From a virus (taxonomy: Duplodnaviria > Caudoviricetes): a stretch of DNA of 35,852 nt. The notes below the pieces were generated by a model. It was not told where the DNA came from. It did no database searches and was given only the letters and a program-made list of their open reading frames with translations. The position numbers and the translations under genes were made by a program. This document shows positions 23,770-34,083 of this stretch, in pieces; the first letter of the stretch is position 1; every line of letters starts with the position of its first letter. The stretch lies in the IMG/VR virus record IMGVR_UViG_3300011335_000507, positions 1 through 35,852 of that record; one strand, written 5' to 3'.

Positions 23770-24744
23770 TTAGGCCGGAACTGCCAGAGCGAAAGCAGCA
23801 GACGCATCAGCGGCTGTAGAAGTAGCGCTTGTACGCAGTGCCTTGACACCATAAATAGTATCAGCGGTGAACAACGTGCCAAGGTACTCTTGCTTGTACT
23901 GGGTCTGCGAACGGATGCCGGTCTGCTCAATCAGAACCATCGCATCGCGGTGGCCCATCAAGCAAATACGATCAGTTGCGCTAGAACCAGCACCAGTATC
24001 AGCCTGGGAAGTGGCGAACACTGCCATGCCGTACAGTTGACCGATTTCACCGTTGCGGATAGCGTCACCGTTACCTACAAACGCTTGCTCGGTGTAACGG
24101 GCCAGACCCATCAACGTGTTGCGGCTGGAAGGAGGAATCAGGAAGAAACGTCCGTCCATAGCAATGTCGTTGTCATCCAAACGCTGAATAGTACGGCGAA
24201 TGGCTGCATCGGTCAGTGAGGCTGCATTGGAACTTGTGCTGTTGTAAGCAGTCGTACCGTCAGAGCCAACAAACGCCTTGGTAGACGTATTGCTGGTGGC
24301 ATAGTCATTAGTACCGACAGTAGCACCATTGAACGCACGGCCCAATTGAACCAGGTCAGTGTCAATGCGCTTTGCCAAGGCATAACCAGCGTCATCCGTG
24401 TAGAAAGAACGCAGGGAAGTCAGGGATTGCACCTCAACAATGTCATCGATCAAGCGGCTGTACTCATAGTGCTTGTTGATAAGCACCTGAATCAATGTGT
24501 CGCTCTCTGCAATCAGAGTAACGGCATCGGTAGCAGCCTTGACAGAGGCACTGCCACGGGCAGGGCTAGGGATGTTAACGGTATCGCCTTTTTTCCCTTT
24601 AAAGGACATTTTCTTGACCAAATTGGCCAGGACAAGGTTCTTCTTGTAGGAAGCAATAATCTCATCACTCCAAATTTCTGGAATGAAGTTAGCTGCGGAG
24701 GTAGTAGTTACCGAGTTGGTGGGGGAAAAAGCAGTGTTTGCCAT
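23770..24744 (-). CDS. Major capsid protein
   Basis: FIPEIWS, KKGDTVNIP, GYALAKRID, GEIGQLYGM, DTIYGVK; follows scaffold. Confidence 0.9.
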   Translation of the reverse strand: MANTAFSPTNSVTTTSAANFIPEIWSDEIIASYKKNLVLANLVKKMSFKGKKGDTVNIPSPARGSASVKAATDAVTLIAESDTLIQVLINKHYEYSRLIDDIVEVQSLTSLRSFYTDDAGYALAKRIDTDLVQLGRAFNGATVGTNDYATSNTSTKAFVGSDGTTAYNSTSSNAASLTDAAIRRTIQRLDDNDIAMDGRFFLIPPSSRNTLMGLARYTEQAFVGNGDAIRNGEIGQLYGMAVFATSQADTGAGSSATDRICLMGHRDAMVLIEQTGIRSQTQYKQEYLGTLFTADTIYGVKALRTSATSTAADASAAFALAVPA

Positions 24745-24764
24745 GTTAAAACTCCAAAATTAAA

Positions 24765-25496
24765 TTATCGTACACGACCATCAGAATATGCCTGCATGAT
24801 TTCATCACTCAGGGTTTCATATCGCTGCGGGTCAGTCATTTTCAGACGAATAAGATCGGCCCTTCGATAGACTCTCTTAGAACTCTCGCCAGAGCCACCA
24901 ACATCAACTTGTGCAGCTTTCATGCTCTTAGTCCGAATGGCATCGCTTGCCTGGTCAGACTGTTTAGCTTTAACGCCGCGCAGTTGCTTGAAGGTGGACA
25001 GCAATTCATTTGCCGAATCATAGTCAAACTCTGCATCTGCCTTTGCGTAGAGTCCAGAACGTATGGGTGAGGATTTCACCCAGTTAATGAACTCCGAATC
25101 ATTGACCACTTGGGAGTAGTCAGGATGATCCTGCGTTAGCTTTTGCTGAATCTGCATCCGTTTGAAATCTTGACCAGCTTGTCTAGCCGCGAGAACGTCA
25201 GGATGTCTATCAATCTGCCCTTGAACTGCTTTTTGAGGATTCTCAAAAAAATCAACTTCAGGCTCTTCCTCTTTGATAGGTTGAGACTTCCCATTAAGGT
25301 TTTGCTTGATTAACTCGTCAGCTAACTTACGAACTTCGCCGACCTCTTGGGCCTGCTTACCAATCAACCTTTCGGCCTCCTGGTGCATTCGTACTACTTC
25401 CTCCAAACTTTTGGCCCTGTATTTCTCAGGAAGTTCGGTCTTAGATTCTTCTATTTCGAGTTCGCCTAGCGGCTCTGTGGGTTCATCAATCAACAT
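24765..25496 (-). CDS. Scaffolding protein
   Basis: LPEKYRAKS...EVGEVRK, acidic/helical, ends AYSDGRVR. Confidence 0.8.
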   Translation of the reverse strand: MLIDEPTEPLGELEIEESKTELPEKYRAKSLEEVVRMHQEAERLIGKQAQEVGEVRKLADELIKQNLNGKSQPIKEEEPEVDFFENPQKAVQGQIDRHPDVLAARQAGQDFKRMQIQQKLTQDHPDYSQVVNDSEFINWVKSSPIRSGLYAKADAEFDYDSANELLSTFKQLRGVKAKQSDQASDAIRTKSMKAAQVDVGGSGESSKRVYRRADLIRLKMTDPQRYETLSDEIMQAYSDGRVR

Positions 25497-25546
25497 ATCG
25501 GGTTCCTGCCAAAATGGTTGTAGGATAATTCAACTCGGCATAATGC

Positions 25547-25774
25547 TTATGAGTTGGCTTTTTGCTCCGCTTTTAACTTCTCGGTGTGCCGGTGTTCAAA
25601 CCGTCCATGTGCGGACGGGAAGTTGCCAGACCAACCTTCAAGGTTAAAAGACGGTGCGCTTATTACACGGCGGGCAAGCCCACCGCACTCGCACCTAAAA
25701 TTCTGCTCCTCATAATCACAGAATCTTTCGGTCTTATGCCCGTTTTCACAGGCAAAATCATACATTCTTTTCAT
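25547..25774 (-). CDS. FmdB-like zinc ribbon protein
   Basis: YDFACENGH...CECGG..RVISAP. Confidence 0.75.
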   Translation of the reverse strand: MKRMYDFACENGHKTERFCDYEEQNFRCECGGLARRVISAPSFNLEGWSGNFPSAHGRFEHRHTEKLKAEQKANS

Positions 25775-25997
25775 TTAAATCCTCATACGCTCGTTCGCTG
25801 ACCTCTTTTAAGGTTATCAGCCAAGTTAGGATAGAAATCTCGCCTTTGCGGAATTGTAGACTTTTTTCGTCCGCTATGGTGGATACATTGTTAAGTGCCT
25901 CAAACATCTTTACAGCGTCATCCATCAGGTCAATCCAACCAGGTGTTGAAAACAGGTCAAACCTGTCCTCGTAGTATCTTTGTAACTCAGGAGCCAT
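25758..25997 (-). CDS. Hypothetical head-module protein (79 aa)
   Basis: LFSTPGW...FRKGE; GGA RBS. Confidence 0.7.
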   Translation of the reverse strand: MAPELQRYYEDRFDLFSTPGWIDLMDDAVKMFEALNNVSTIADEKSLQFRKGEISILTWLITLKEVSERAYEDLNEKNV

Positions 25998-25998
25998 A

Positions 25999-26469
25999 TT
26001 ATTTATCCATCAACATAGTTAACCACCAAAAAATTAACCCAAACAAAAGTATTACTAATGCGCCAGCTATAAGCCAGGTTAACAAATCCTCAATCTCTTC
26101 CTTGCGCTTCTTGGCTTTATTCTCAGCCAGTATTTCCTCAACTTTGCGCTTCTGGATGATGTTGTTGCGCTCCACCATCAATTGCTGCCAAAGGTCAGCG
26201 TTACCGGACATCACCATGTAGTTGTTCAGTTCCCTCTCAGCATCAGCCAATTGCTTGGCCTGCATGACAATCTCAAATGCCGCCGCTGTATCTGACTTTG
26301 CAAAACCACTCCTAGGCTTGGACGCTTCCCTCTGAACAATGTCCTTTGCCTCGAAAAACTTCATCATCTCCCCGCCAATGGCGTGGATGTCCTTGCCCAT
26401 CTTGATCGCTGCCTGCACCCCCTTTATCGCGGCTTGTGCAGTCGCAAAGGCTGTGATGGGATCGATCAT
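25999..26469 (-). CDS. Coiled-coil protein with C-terminal TM helix
   Basis: MIDPITAFA...LLTWLIAGALVILLFGLIFWWL. Confidence 0.7.
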   Translation of the reverse strand: MIDPITAFATAQAAIKGVQAAIKMGKDIHAIGGEMMKFFEAKDIVQREASKPRSGFAKSDTAAAFEIVMQAKQLADAERELNNYMVMSGNADLWQQLMVERNNIIQKRKVEEILAENKAKKRKEEIEDLLTWLIAGALVILLFGLIFWWLTMLMDK

Positions 26470-26475
26470 TTTGAA

Positions 26476-26709
26476 TCACGATTTGCCAAATAGATGCACA
26501 AAGTAACCGATAACGCTACCAACAGCAGACACAATGACCATGCCCATCCAGAAACCGCCCTTACCCTGGTTAGCCATAGCAACAAGCGTTTCAATAGATG
26601 ACTCCATCTTGTCGATCTTTGCGCTCATCTCGTCAAACCGGCGCTCGTAGTCCTGCACTTTCTGCCAAAGGACTCCGTAGCGTACAGGGTCTATTTCTGG
26701 AATGTTCAT
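26476..26709 (-). CDS. Small coiled-coil + TM protein (holin-like)
   Basis: GKGGFWMGMVIVSAVGSVIGYFV. Confidence 0.65.
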   Translation of the reverse strand: MNIPEIDPVRYGVLWQKVQDYERRFDEMSAKIDKMESSIETLVAMANQGKGGFWMGMVIVSAVGSVIGYFVHLFGKS

Positions 26710-26735
26710 GATTTAGCCAAACACAAAAAATATTG

Positions 26736-27035
26736 TTAAACGCCGATTGACCCTGCCATATCCTCTTGGGCCATTACCCAAGCGTAACACTTGGCTAGGA
26801 ATGCATCCCCAGCCTGTGCTTCAACGTCTGCCAAAGGGCAATGGTAACGGCGAAAATCTACATCGCGTGTGTCATCATCACTTGGCTGAGTAGCATAACC
26901 AGCAACGTCAATCATTACTGAGTGGCGGCTGTCTGCGCTGCGTGTGCGGCTTACGGCTGCTGTGACAATGCGAAAGTAAGCGCCCGCAAATGGAACACCG
27001 TACTGAGAAGTGGAAAGGTTAAGTTGAATAGCCAT
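26736..27035 (-). CDS. Fibre-associated protein/chaperone (99 aa)
   Basis: AAGGAG RBS; follows fibre gene. Confidence 0.65.
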   Translation of the reverse strand: MAIQLNLSTSQYGVPFAGAYFRIVTAAVSRTRSADSRHSVMIDVAGYATQPSDDDTRDVDFRRYHCPLADVEAQAGDAFLAKCYAWVMAQEDMAGSIGV

Positions 27036-27046
27036 GATTTGCTCCT

Positions 27047-28270
27047 TTAAGCGTAAATAACTTCAGATGTGTCAATAGTGGAAATCCAGCGAATGTTGGT
27101 AGCTGCTGCTCCGGTGGCAGTGATTGCAAGGCCACCATTGGTGGTGTCTGCTGATAGTGCCAAAGTCCAGCCTGGTACATTGCTAATTGCGGTGACCGTT
27201 GAAGCAACAAGTGTTGTTGTACCTGCGTTGGCTTCCCTTCGAATCAACCCTTCAACTTTCCATGCTGCTGATGCAGTTCCATTAGCAGCTTTCTGACGGG
27301 CAACAACAGTTCCTGTGAAGGAATAGGCAGAGTTGTTAGGGAGGATTAGTTGGTTGGTAAGGCCCGGTGTAGGGGATGAACTAGACGTTAAAACAGTAGC
27401 AGTAGCATCTGTTGTTGCGGCATAAAGGCTGAGAATTCCCCAGCCTAGACCTGCAACAGCACCTGACGCATGACCATATGCCATTTTCCCGACTACGTTT
27501 GGTGTTCCTACATAGCCAAGCGCAATTGAATAATCAAAAGCAGCAGTACAAGACCTTCCACCTAAAGTTGTTGACCAATTACCAGAACTTATATTTTGAT
27601 AACCGCCAACAGCAGTGTTATATCCACTTGTGGCTTTGTTAGTATTCCCAATAGCTGTGCTGCTTAATCCTGTTGCCCCATAACTACTTGAATTGCTTGC
27701 TATAGCCGCAGCAAAACTATCCGCACCTGAAGCGTAAGAGCCACCAAGGGCCATTGCTCCTGCGCCTGTTACTGCTTGAGAGCCTCCGCTTGAACTATTT
27801 GAACCTATAGCAGCGCTGTAATCAGCTGACGCTACTGGAGCTGCCCCAATTGCAATGGAGTAAACCCCACTTGCTGTTGCAGAGTATCCCATTTGTACGT
27901 TAGATGCACCTCCGCTAATTGCACCGGATGTGCGCATAGCTGTGGTTAAAAAGTTAGACCCATTACACAATAGAGCCATTCCACCGCCCTGCTTTAAAGG
28001 GAGAGGATCGGAATTTCCATCAATAGTTTCAAGATCGTTTGGGTTAATGCTAACAGTCCCTGTCCCGCTATTAATAACCGTGAAATTAAATCCACTACCC
28101 AACGTAGCAGCTGCCGTTATCGAGATTGTGAATGTGCCGCTTGTGCAGTTAATGATCGTACCGTTGTCATTGGCGACAACTGTATACGCCGCAGCAATAT
28201 TCTTTATTCGTAATTTAGTAAACGGTGGAACCGCATAGTTAAATGCGCCAACCTGATTGCTTGCGCTCAT
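27047..28270 (-). CDS. Fibre/spike protein with YadA-head-like repeats
   Basis: Repeated S(I/A/T)AIG, NxA.G units; Ala/Ser/Gly/Thr-rich. Confidence 0.7.
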   Translation of the reverse strand: MSASNQVGAFNYAVPPFTKLRIKNIAAAYTVVANDNGTIINCTSGTFTISITAAATLGSGFNFTVINSGTGTVSINPNDLETIDGNSDPLPLKQGGGMALLCNGSNFLTTAMRTSGAISGGASNVQMGYSATASGVYSIAIGAAPVASADYSAAIGSNSSSGGSQAVTGAGAMALGGSYASGADSFAAAIASNSSSYGATGLSSTAIGNTNKATSGYNTAVGGYQNISSGNWSTTLGGRSCTAAFDYSIALGYVGTPNVVGKMAYGHASGAVAGLGWGILSLYAATTDATATVLTSSSSPTPGLTNQLILPNNSAYSFTGTVVARQKAANGTASAAWKVEGLIRREANAGTTTLVASTVTAISNVPGWTLALSADTTNGGLAITATGAAATNIRWISTIDTSEVIYA

Positions 28271-28752
28271 TAGTAGTCTCCACCCACTGCACTAACTGCA
28301 ATGGCAATGTTAGTTCCTCCAGCCGCAACAGTTGTACCCGCATAAATACGATAACTAGCAGGTAGATTAAGGCCACCAATTGGTGTTGCTAATGTGCCAA
28401 TAGCAAGCGCTGTCGTTCCAAGCGCAGTTACGGCTGTTGCAGGCATCGCCACTTCACCTAAAAAGATGTTGTTTCCAGCAGTAGTATTTGCTGAACTGTT
28501 ATTCATCCAAAAACGAACGGTAGTTGCAGCAGAAGTCCCTGAAGCAGCAGCGCCATTTGTTGATGCAAAACGACAAGTAATTTGGTCAACGCGAGAACCG
28601 TTTACACCGGCTGTAAAAACAAGGGCCATTGCTGTCCCCGTTGCCTCAGTGCCATCAAACGCTTTGGTGTTCGTCATCGCCGTGCTAAGAATGGCGTTTA
28701 ACGCTCCCACATTTGCAGTTTGAGCGAAAATTGGTGTTGCTGTTACAGCCAT
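28270..28752 (-). CDS. Ala/Thr-rich virion protein (160 aa)
   Basis: GAGGA RBS; beta-rich. Confidence 0.65.
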   Translation of the reverse strand: MAVTATPIFAQTANVGALNAILSTAMTNTKAFDGTEATGTAMALVFTAGVNGSRVDQITCRFASTNGAAASGTSAATTVRFWMNNSSANTTAGNNIFLGEVAMPATAVTALGTTALAIGTLATPIGGLNLPASYRIYAGTTVAAGGTNIAIAVSAVGGDY

Positions 28753-28754
28753 GA

Positions 28755-29777
28755 TTAAAATCCTCCAAAATTGTTAGCTAAGAAAATATTTGAACCGGCG
28801 CTACTTCCGCCACCACCACCTCCAGAGGCCGCAATAGTCTGATTAGGCCATGTACCTGTAACCGTGACGTTTGTGCCAGCAACCAGGCTTGGAGTGGCTG
28901 TTCCGCTACCGCCATTAGCCACCGCAACAATGCCCGTGACGTTTGCAGCCGTACCAGTAGTGTTCTGGTTCAGAGTAGGGATGTCAGCCGCAGCCACTGC
29001 CCTAAACGTAGGAACACCAGCCGTGCCGTTTGGAGCCGCGAGAAAGTTATTGGCTGTCTTACTGGCATAGGGGTTCTGTGTGTCACCATAAGAGGCCGCA
29101 AGGCTGATGTCAGGTGTAGTACCACCGCTTGAAACGACAGGTGATGTGCCTGTAACACTTATTACTGAGCCACCACCGCCGCCACCAGTTACATTGACCG
29201 TCACGCTGTCACCAGAGGCCGTAGCTGTAACGCCAGTGCCGGTGAAGTTCAGGCTGCGAACGCCGCTGGTAATCGTCGAGCCTTCGTCTTGCACCACCAC
29301 CGTGGAGTTGGTGGACATCGTGACTTTGATCTTCTCTGCCAGATCAGCAGCTACTACCTCACCAACATTTATCTCACGCCCAGAGGACAACCCAATGACC
29401 AGCGATCCATCAAAGTCGATCTTGGCATCCACCACCGAAACGCCATCTTCACCGTCTTTTCCTGCTGGGCCTGGTTGCCCATCAATACCATTGCGCCCAT
29501 CTTGCCCGTTTTTGCCATCACGTCCGTTTTTACCATCACGTCCTGCGTCACCTTTCTCAGGAACAATGGCCTTTGCCACCTCAATCTGGGCCTCGACCTT
29601 GCGCTGCATTGTGGCAACCGCATCAACAATCATCGCTACGCCGCCATCAATGGCTTCTTGCTCTTTTGCCCTCACGGAAACAAGAGTTTCCTCCATTGCG
29701 TTAATGGCAGCCAGCTTTTCGTCAAACGACGAATCGCCAGACTCAATGCTTTGGATCAGGTCTTTGATGTTAGCCAT
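28755..29777 (-). CDS. Collagen-like fibre protein
   Basis: N-terminal coiled coil; 12 Gly-X-Y triplets at 29442-29552; VAVANGGSG fibre repeat; poly-Gly hinges. Confidence 0.75.
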   Translation of the reverse strand: MANIKDLIQSIESGDSSFDEKLAAINAMEETLVSVRAKEQEAIDGGVAMIVDAVATMQRKVEAQIEVAKAIVPEKGDAGRDGKNGRDGKNGQDGRNGIDGQPGPAGKDGEDGVSVVDAKIDFDGSLVIGLSSGREINVGEVVAADLAEKIKVTMSTNSTVVVQDEGSTITSGVRSLNFTGTGVTATASGDSVTVNVTGGGGGGSVISVTGTSPVVSSGGTTPDISLAASYGDTQNPYASKTANNFLAAPNGTAGVPTFRAVAAADIPTLNQNTTGTAANVTGIVAVANGGSGTATPSLVAGTNVTVTGTWPNQTIAASGGGGGGSSAGSNIFLANNFGGF

Positions 29778-31800
29778 TTTGCTTTAGCCCATCAGTCAGT
29801 TTTGTCAAAAAATCTTGCTTGACTTGCGACTGCGCGTTTATTTTGTCAGCCATCTGCAACTCAACAATCTTGTTTTTGTTCTTGATGTCAGCTTCTTTCA
29901 GCATGAGTTCAGCGATCTTGACCCGCTTATCAAACTCGTTAGACTCATTGCCAGTAGGCAGATTCTTAGTAGTTGATGCGATCACCTTGGCCTGCACTTC
30001 CTGCGGCATGAGCTGCGCCTCGGTCATCAGCTTGGTGGCCTCTGCCCGATTCTGCTCGGCCTGCGTAGTGTTAACCGCAATCTGCGCCTGCGCCGCCTGC
30101 ATAGCCAATTGCTGCTGCATCTCAGCCATTGCTTTGGCCTGCGGGTCTGGCTGGCTCATTTGATCGAGTGCCGACATCAACTCGTACCTATTGGTCAGGC
30201 TCGAATTGTTCAAAATGCCCTTCAAAATCAGCGGCAGAACCGGCGTATTTGGCCCCAGGGTCTGAAGCAAACCAATAAACTGTTGCTGTTCGTACTCACG
30301 GGCAATGATGCCAAGCGTAGCAGTAGGAATAAAGCGCATATCCACACTCGGATAACGCTCTGGGTCAAACTGCATATACCGAAACGCCGCCTTTTGAATG
30401 AACGGAATCAGGAAATCCTCTTGGAAGTTCACCAGCGTCCGCTTGTACTTCTTGATAATCGTAGCCACCGCCATCGACAAACCAGCACCATCGCGGTTGC
30501 CATTGCTGACCATGCCCTGGCTATCAAGCGTACCCGTAGCCTGCAACAACATGCGCTCGAACTCTTTTGCCGTGTTGATGTTGTTCAGGCTTGTCTCGCC
30601 AAACTTGAACGGGTACAGAATCTCGGCAGGGTTGCCATTAACCATGAACGCCTTGCCAGGCTTGACTTCAAACTTAGCACCGCGAGGCAAACGTGTTGCA
30701 TCCATACCCATCATGGGGCTGGTAGTCAGCGCCAAGCTATCCAAGTGGCTGCGTACCTGCGCGTCGATAGCCTTTTGCATGTTGTACGACTTCTCCACCG
30801 TACCCCTGCCCAGCAAACGGTTAGGAACAGTGTCATCTTGGTAACTGATGATGGGCCTGTCCTTCATCATGTACGGATTCTCTTCAGCCTTGAGTAACAA
30901 CCCGTCATTGGCAATGACAACAATGGCCTCAACCAAGTTGCTGTACTCATCGGCAACCGAATCCTCGGGGAACAAGTCCTCGACCTCATCCTCCTGAACC
31001 GCCTTCAAGTATTCCCGTGGCACAAGACCGTAGTACGTCAGTAAAAGTACCTTTTCGTCCCGATACTGGCTCAATTCCTGAGTAGGCTCAAGGTCAGTGT
31101 CCTCGTAGGTGGTGGTAATGTTTACCTTGCGGTAGATACCCTTTTCGATGCCCTCGACAATCTTGTGGATGGAGACATACTTCTCAATCGCCACACCCAT
31201 GCAGTCATCAATCGTTGTGCCATTGGGGTCAAACAAGAAATTCTTGGGGTTGACCGGCACGATCTTGACCGCAATACGGTCTTTTTCCACCACACCGATA
31301 GCCGCTTGCATCGGCTGGCCTGGCATCGGCTTGGTCGCAGGCTCAAATATCTTCTCGGTCTTAACAATGATCTCGCCAATGCCAGTTCCATAGATTTCAG
31401 CCATCAACTCAATCTGGTCAATGGATTTCCTGATCTTGTCCTGCTTGAAATCCTCCATCAACTGCGCCTTGAGCGCCTCAACGTCCAAAGGATTACCGTC
31501 AACGTCCTTCAAATCGTCCTTGATGTCAAAGAAATCACCCTGACCAAAGATAGCTTCCATGATCTCAGCATGGCGAGTCTCAACGGCTTGCTGGGTTGCC
31601 GGTGTGACTATGCGCGAACGCTCGGAATCGCGGGTTTTGTCCTCCGCAGCCCACTCGCACCGGAACAACCTTTCGTATTCAAGATATTTATCAAGAAAGT
31701 TTGTATTTCTATAATCTCTCCAACGATCACAATGGTCAACAACAAAGGAAGTTAACTCTTTGTCGTTCTCTGTCGGTTCTTCGAAATCGCTTGGGTTCAT
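29770..31800 (-). CDS. Portal protein
   Basis: 676 aa after TerL; YGTGI, FDPN, GRGTVE, Gln-rich C-terminal coiled barrel. Confidence 0.88.
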   Translation of the reverse strand: MNPSDFEEPTENDKELTSFVVDHCDRWRDYRNTNFLDKYLEYERLFRCEWAAEDKTRDSERSRIVTPATQQAVETRHAEIMEAIFGQGDFFDIKDDLKDVDGNPLDVEALKAQLMEDFKQDKIRKSIDQIELMAEIYGTGIGEIIVKTEKIFEPATKPMPGQPMQAAIGVVEKDRIAVKIVPVNPKNFLFDPNGTTIDDCMGVAIEKYVSIHKIVEGIEKGIYRKVNITTTYEDTDLEPTQELSQYRDEKVLLLTYYGLVPREYLKAVQEDEVEDLFPEDSVADEYSNLVEAIVVIANDGLLLKAEENPYMMKDRPIISYQDDTVPNRLLGRGTVEKSYNMQKAIDAQVRSHLDSLALTTSPMMGMDATRLPRGAKFEVKPGKAFMVNGNPAEILYPFKFGETSLNNINTAKEFERMLLQATGTLDSQGMVSNGNRDGAGLSMAVATIIKKYKRTLVNFQEDFLIPFIQKAAFRYMQFDPERYPSVDMRFIPTATLGIIAREYEQQQFIGLLQTLGPNTPVLPLILKGILNNSSLTNRYELMSALDQMSQPDPQAKAMAEMQQQLAMQAAQAQIAVNTTQAEQNRAEATKLMTEAQLMPQEVQAKVIASTTKNLPTGNESNEFDKRVKIAELMLKEADIKNKNKIVELQMADKINAQSQVKQDFLTKLTDGLKQNG

Positions 31801-31802
31801 CT

Positions 31803-32477
31803 TTAAACCTCGTATTGGTTGCTCTTGCGCATGTTGTCAATTGCAGGGATGACACGCAAGTTGCCAGGAACATGAAGGCCACTGACAAACTCGCCTTGTA
31901 GCGGGATTATATGGTCAACGTGCCAAGACTGGTCACTTTCCCTGTTTCGCATTGCTGCCAATTGGTACAAGCACTTGATCTTAAGTAGGTCAAACTCTGT
32001 CAGCCAGGCTGGAGTGCGCTTGAGTTTTGCAGCGCGGCGATTTGCGCAGTCAGCTAACACTAAGCCAAGGTTGTTTTTTCGCCAAAGCCGTTTAACTTCT
32101 CTGCGCTCAATAAGTCTGGCAGCGCGGACAGCCGCAATCCGGTCTTTGTTGGCTTTTTCGTATTCTTTTCTATACGCGGCTACCTTGTCTTTGTGTTTTA
32201 TGTTGGAATCTCGGCAAACGTTAGCCCTGCTTTTGGGATTTTCTTTTCTTTTGGCCGTATATTCCGCCCTAGTCATAAAACCTTTTCGCTCTCTTTTTCT
32301 GGCGTGCTCGGCTTTTCTAGAATCAGGGTTTGCAACGCGGTTTGCTTTGGCTTTTTCGTATTGGCAGACTTTGCAAAAATTTAAATGGCCGTCCGTCATT
32401 TGCTTATGCTTGTGAAACAGCGATAGCAGCTTGACCTGAGCGCAGCCTTTGCAAGTTTTGGTCGGCTCAATGGTCAT
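31803..32477 (-). CDS. Free-standing HNH endonuclease
   Basis: CKGC...CKVC; HVDHIIPL...GLHVPGNL...N.RKSN. Confidence 0.9.
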   Translation of the reverse strand: MTIEPTKTCKGCAQVKLLSLFHKHKQMTDGHLNFCKVCQYEKAKANRVANPDSRKAEHARKRERKGFMTRAEYTAKRKENPKSRANVCRDSNIKHKDKVAAYRKEYEKANKDRIAAVRAARLIERREVKRLWRKNNLGLVLADCANRRAAKLKRTPAWLTEFDLLKIKCLYQLAAMRNRESDQSWHVDHIIPLQGEFVSGLHVPGNLRVIPAIDNMRKSNQYEV

Positions 32478-32489
32478 TTTTTTACCAGA

Positions 32490-33746
32490 TTAACAGCCCG
32501 AAATTATATCAAGAGGTTCCCAAATATCCTCAGCCTCTTCAAAGTAGCTGGTCACCGCCAATTGATCCATATAGGACAAGGCATCAGGCAGGTCATCGTG
32601 TACGCCCTGGGACGGGAACATCAGCAACTGGTCAACAAAGTCATCCCACTTCTCTTCAGAGTTAAGGATAATCCGACCATGCTCAAAGCGCCCCTGCAAC
32701 GACCAGATGATTCTATCGGTTTTCTTGCGGTTTCCGTGGGTTAAATCCACAATGTGCGAGTACACATTGTTTTTACGCATCAAATCGCTCAAATACGGCA
32801 AAACCGCATTCTTTAGCGCCCCCCTCTCAATCCCCACGCTCAAAGGCCGGTACTCCCGCATCGCCAGCAGAATCTTAGCCGCCGTGTCACGAATATCCCA
32901 GCGACCATGCTCGATCTCTTTGACAAACCACTTCCCATCATCGGTCACCTTCACCACGCAAATGGCCGACTCATCCAGGCGCTTCTTTTTATTGGCCGCT
33001 TGCTTGGCAACTTCCTCAAAACCAGCCAAGTCAATCGCTATAAAGTAACTGCCATGCTCAGGCTCAACCCCGTACTTAATCCATTCCTCCTTAAATACGT
33101 CCGCGCCAGCATTGCTGAAACTAGCCATAAACTCCTGCTTGAACGCAAAGGTAGATAAAGTATTCTTGGCCGACTCAATCTCCGAGGCATCAATCAACGG
33201 GTTATCCGAGGTAGTAAAGTGCCACGACTTCCAATCCGTATCCGCACTATCCTGCCCCAAGTTCCACAAATCCCAAAACCAGTTCCTACCCTTGGGCGTA
33301 CCAATAAACATCGCCCGACCCTTCTTATCAGAAAGTGAAGCACGAATAACCTGCTCCCACGCCTCGGGCTTAATATCCGCCACCTCATCCAATACCGCAT
33401 ACGTCAAACTAACACCACGCAAAGTATCAGGCCTGTCCGCACCGCGCACATATATCCGCGCACCATTAATCAACGTAATGTCCAGATTATTAACATGGCT
33501 CGACTGAATAACCTCGCGGCCCAACTCCAACAGCAAATCCCAGATAATCTGCCGCGACTGCCCCATAGTCGGACTAACATATAACACCGCAGAACCCTGC
33601 GGACACCGTAAGCCTTCAATGATGAGTGTAGTAGCCGCCAGCCTAGATTTACCGCAACGCCGTCCAGCAGCAATAACCTTGAACCTGGTCGTATCAGTAA
33701 ATACTTCCTGCTGCCAGGGTAATAGGCTAAAGTTTAGGTCAGACAT
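32490..33746 (-). CDS. terL: Terminase large subunit
   Basis: AGRRCGKS Walker A, VLDE Walker B, GTPKG, IDLAG, HDDLPDA nuclease motif. Confidence 0.95.
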   Translation of the reverse strand: MSDLNFSLLPWQQEVFTDTTRFKVIAAGRRCGKSRLAATTLIIEGLRCPQGSAVLYVSPTMGQSRQIIWDLLLELGREVIQSSHVNNLDITLINGARIYVRGADRPDTLRGVSLTYAVLDEVADIKPEAWEQVIRASLSDKKGRAMFIGTPKGRNWFWDLWNLGQDSADTDWKSWHFTTSDNPLIDASEIESAKNTLSTFAFKQEFMASFSNAGADVFKEEWIKYGVEPEHGSYFIAIDLAGFEEVAKQAANKKKRLDESAICVVKVTDDGKWFVKEIEHGRWDIRDTAAKILLAMREYRPLSVGIERGALKNAVLPYLSDLMRKNNVYSHIVDLTHGNRKKTDRIIWSLQGRFEHGRIILNSEEKWDDFVDQLLMFPSQGVHDDLPDALSYMDQLAVTSYFEEAEDIWEPLDIISGC

Positions 33747-34083
33747 CAGTAATATCTTCTTCTGGAATAATTGCTGGTTGACCCAAACCAGTAATATTAA
33801 TGGTCACTGCGCTGCGCTGATGCTTGTCTTTCTCAAACATACTAATTGGCAACGTGCGGTCTATGCACATCTTTAAAGCCACCATCTGACCAGGGTGGTT
33901 GTCGTCCAAAGCAATCTGAATCACCTTCTGAGCAACATCCTTGCCGCCAGAACGAATCATCAACTCTTTGAGTTCCTTAACCCTCTGGTGATCCGTCTTG
34001 GGTAACACCAGTGGAGGATTGTCAGCATAACGCTGGATAGTCATCTTGATGGGACGACCACGCTTCTTTTTCTCTAGTTCCAC
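33739..34083 (-). CDS. terS: Probable terminase small subunit
   Basis: GTG start with GAGGA RBS; KKKRGRP, ALKMCIDR, VTINITG; overlaps terL start. Confidence 0.7.
   Translation of the reverse strand: MELEKKKRGRPIKMTIQRYADNPPLVLPKTDHQRVKELKELMIRSGGKDVAQKVIQIALDDNHPGQMVALKMCIDRTLPISMFEKDKHQRSAVTINITGLGQPAIIPEEDITDV

Noticed and set aside
27047-28270. Diversity-generating retroelement target
   Set aside because: No reverse transcriptase and no template/variable repeat pair seen.
27069-33507. Many + strand ORFs of 100-260 aa opposite fibre, portal and terL genes
   Set aside because: Antisense-frame artefacts of codon bias; no recognisable domains.
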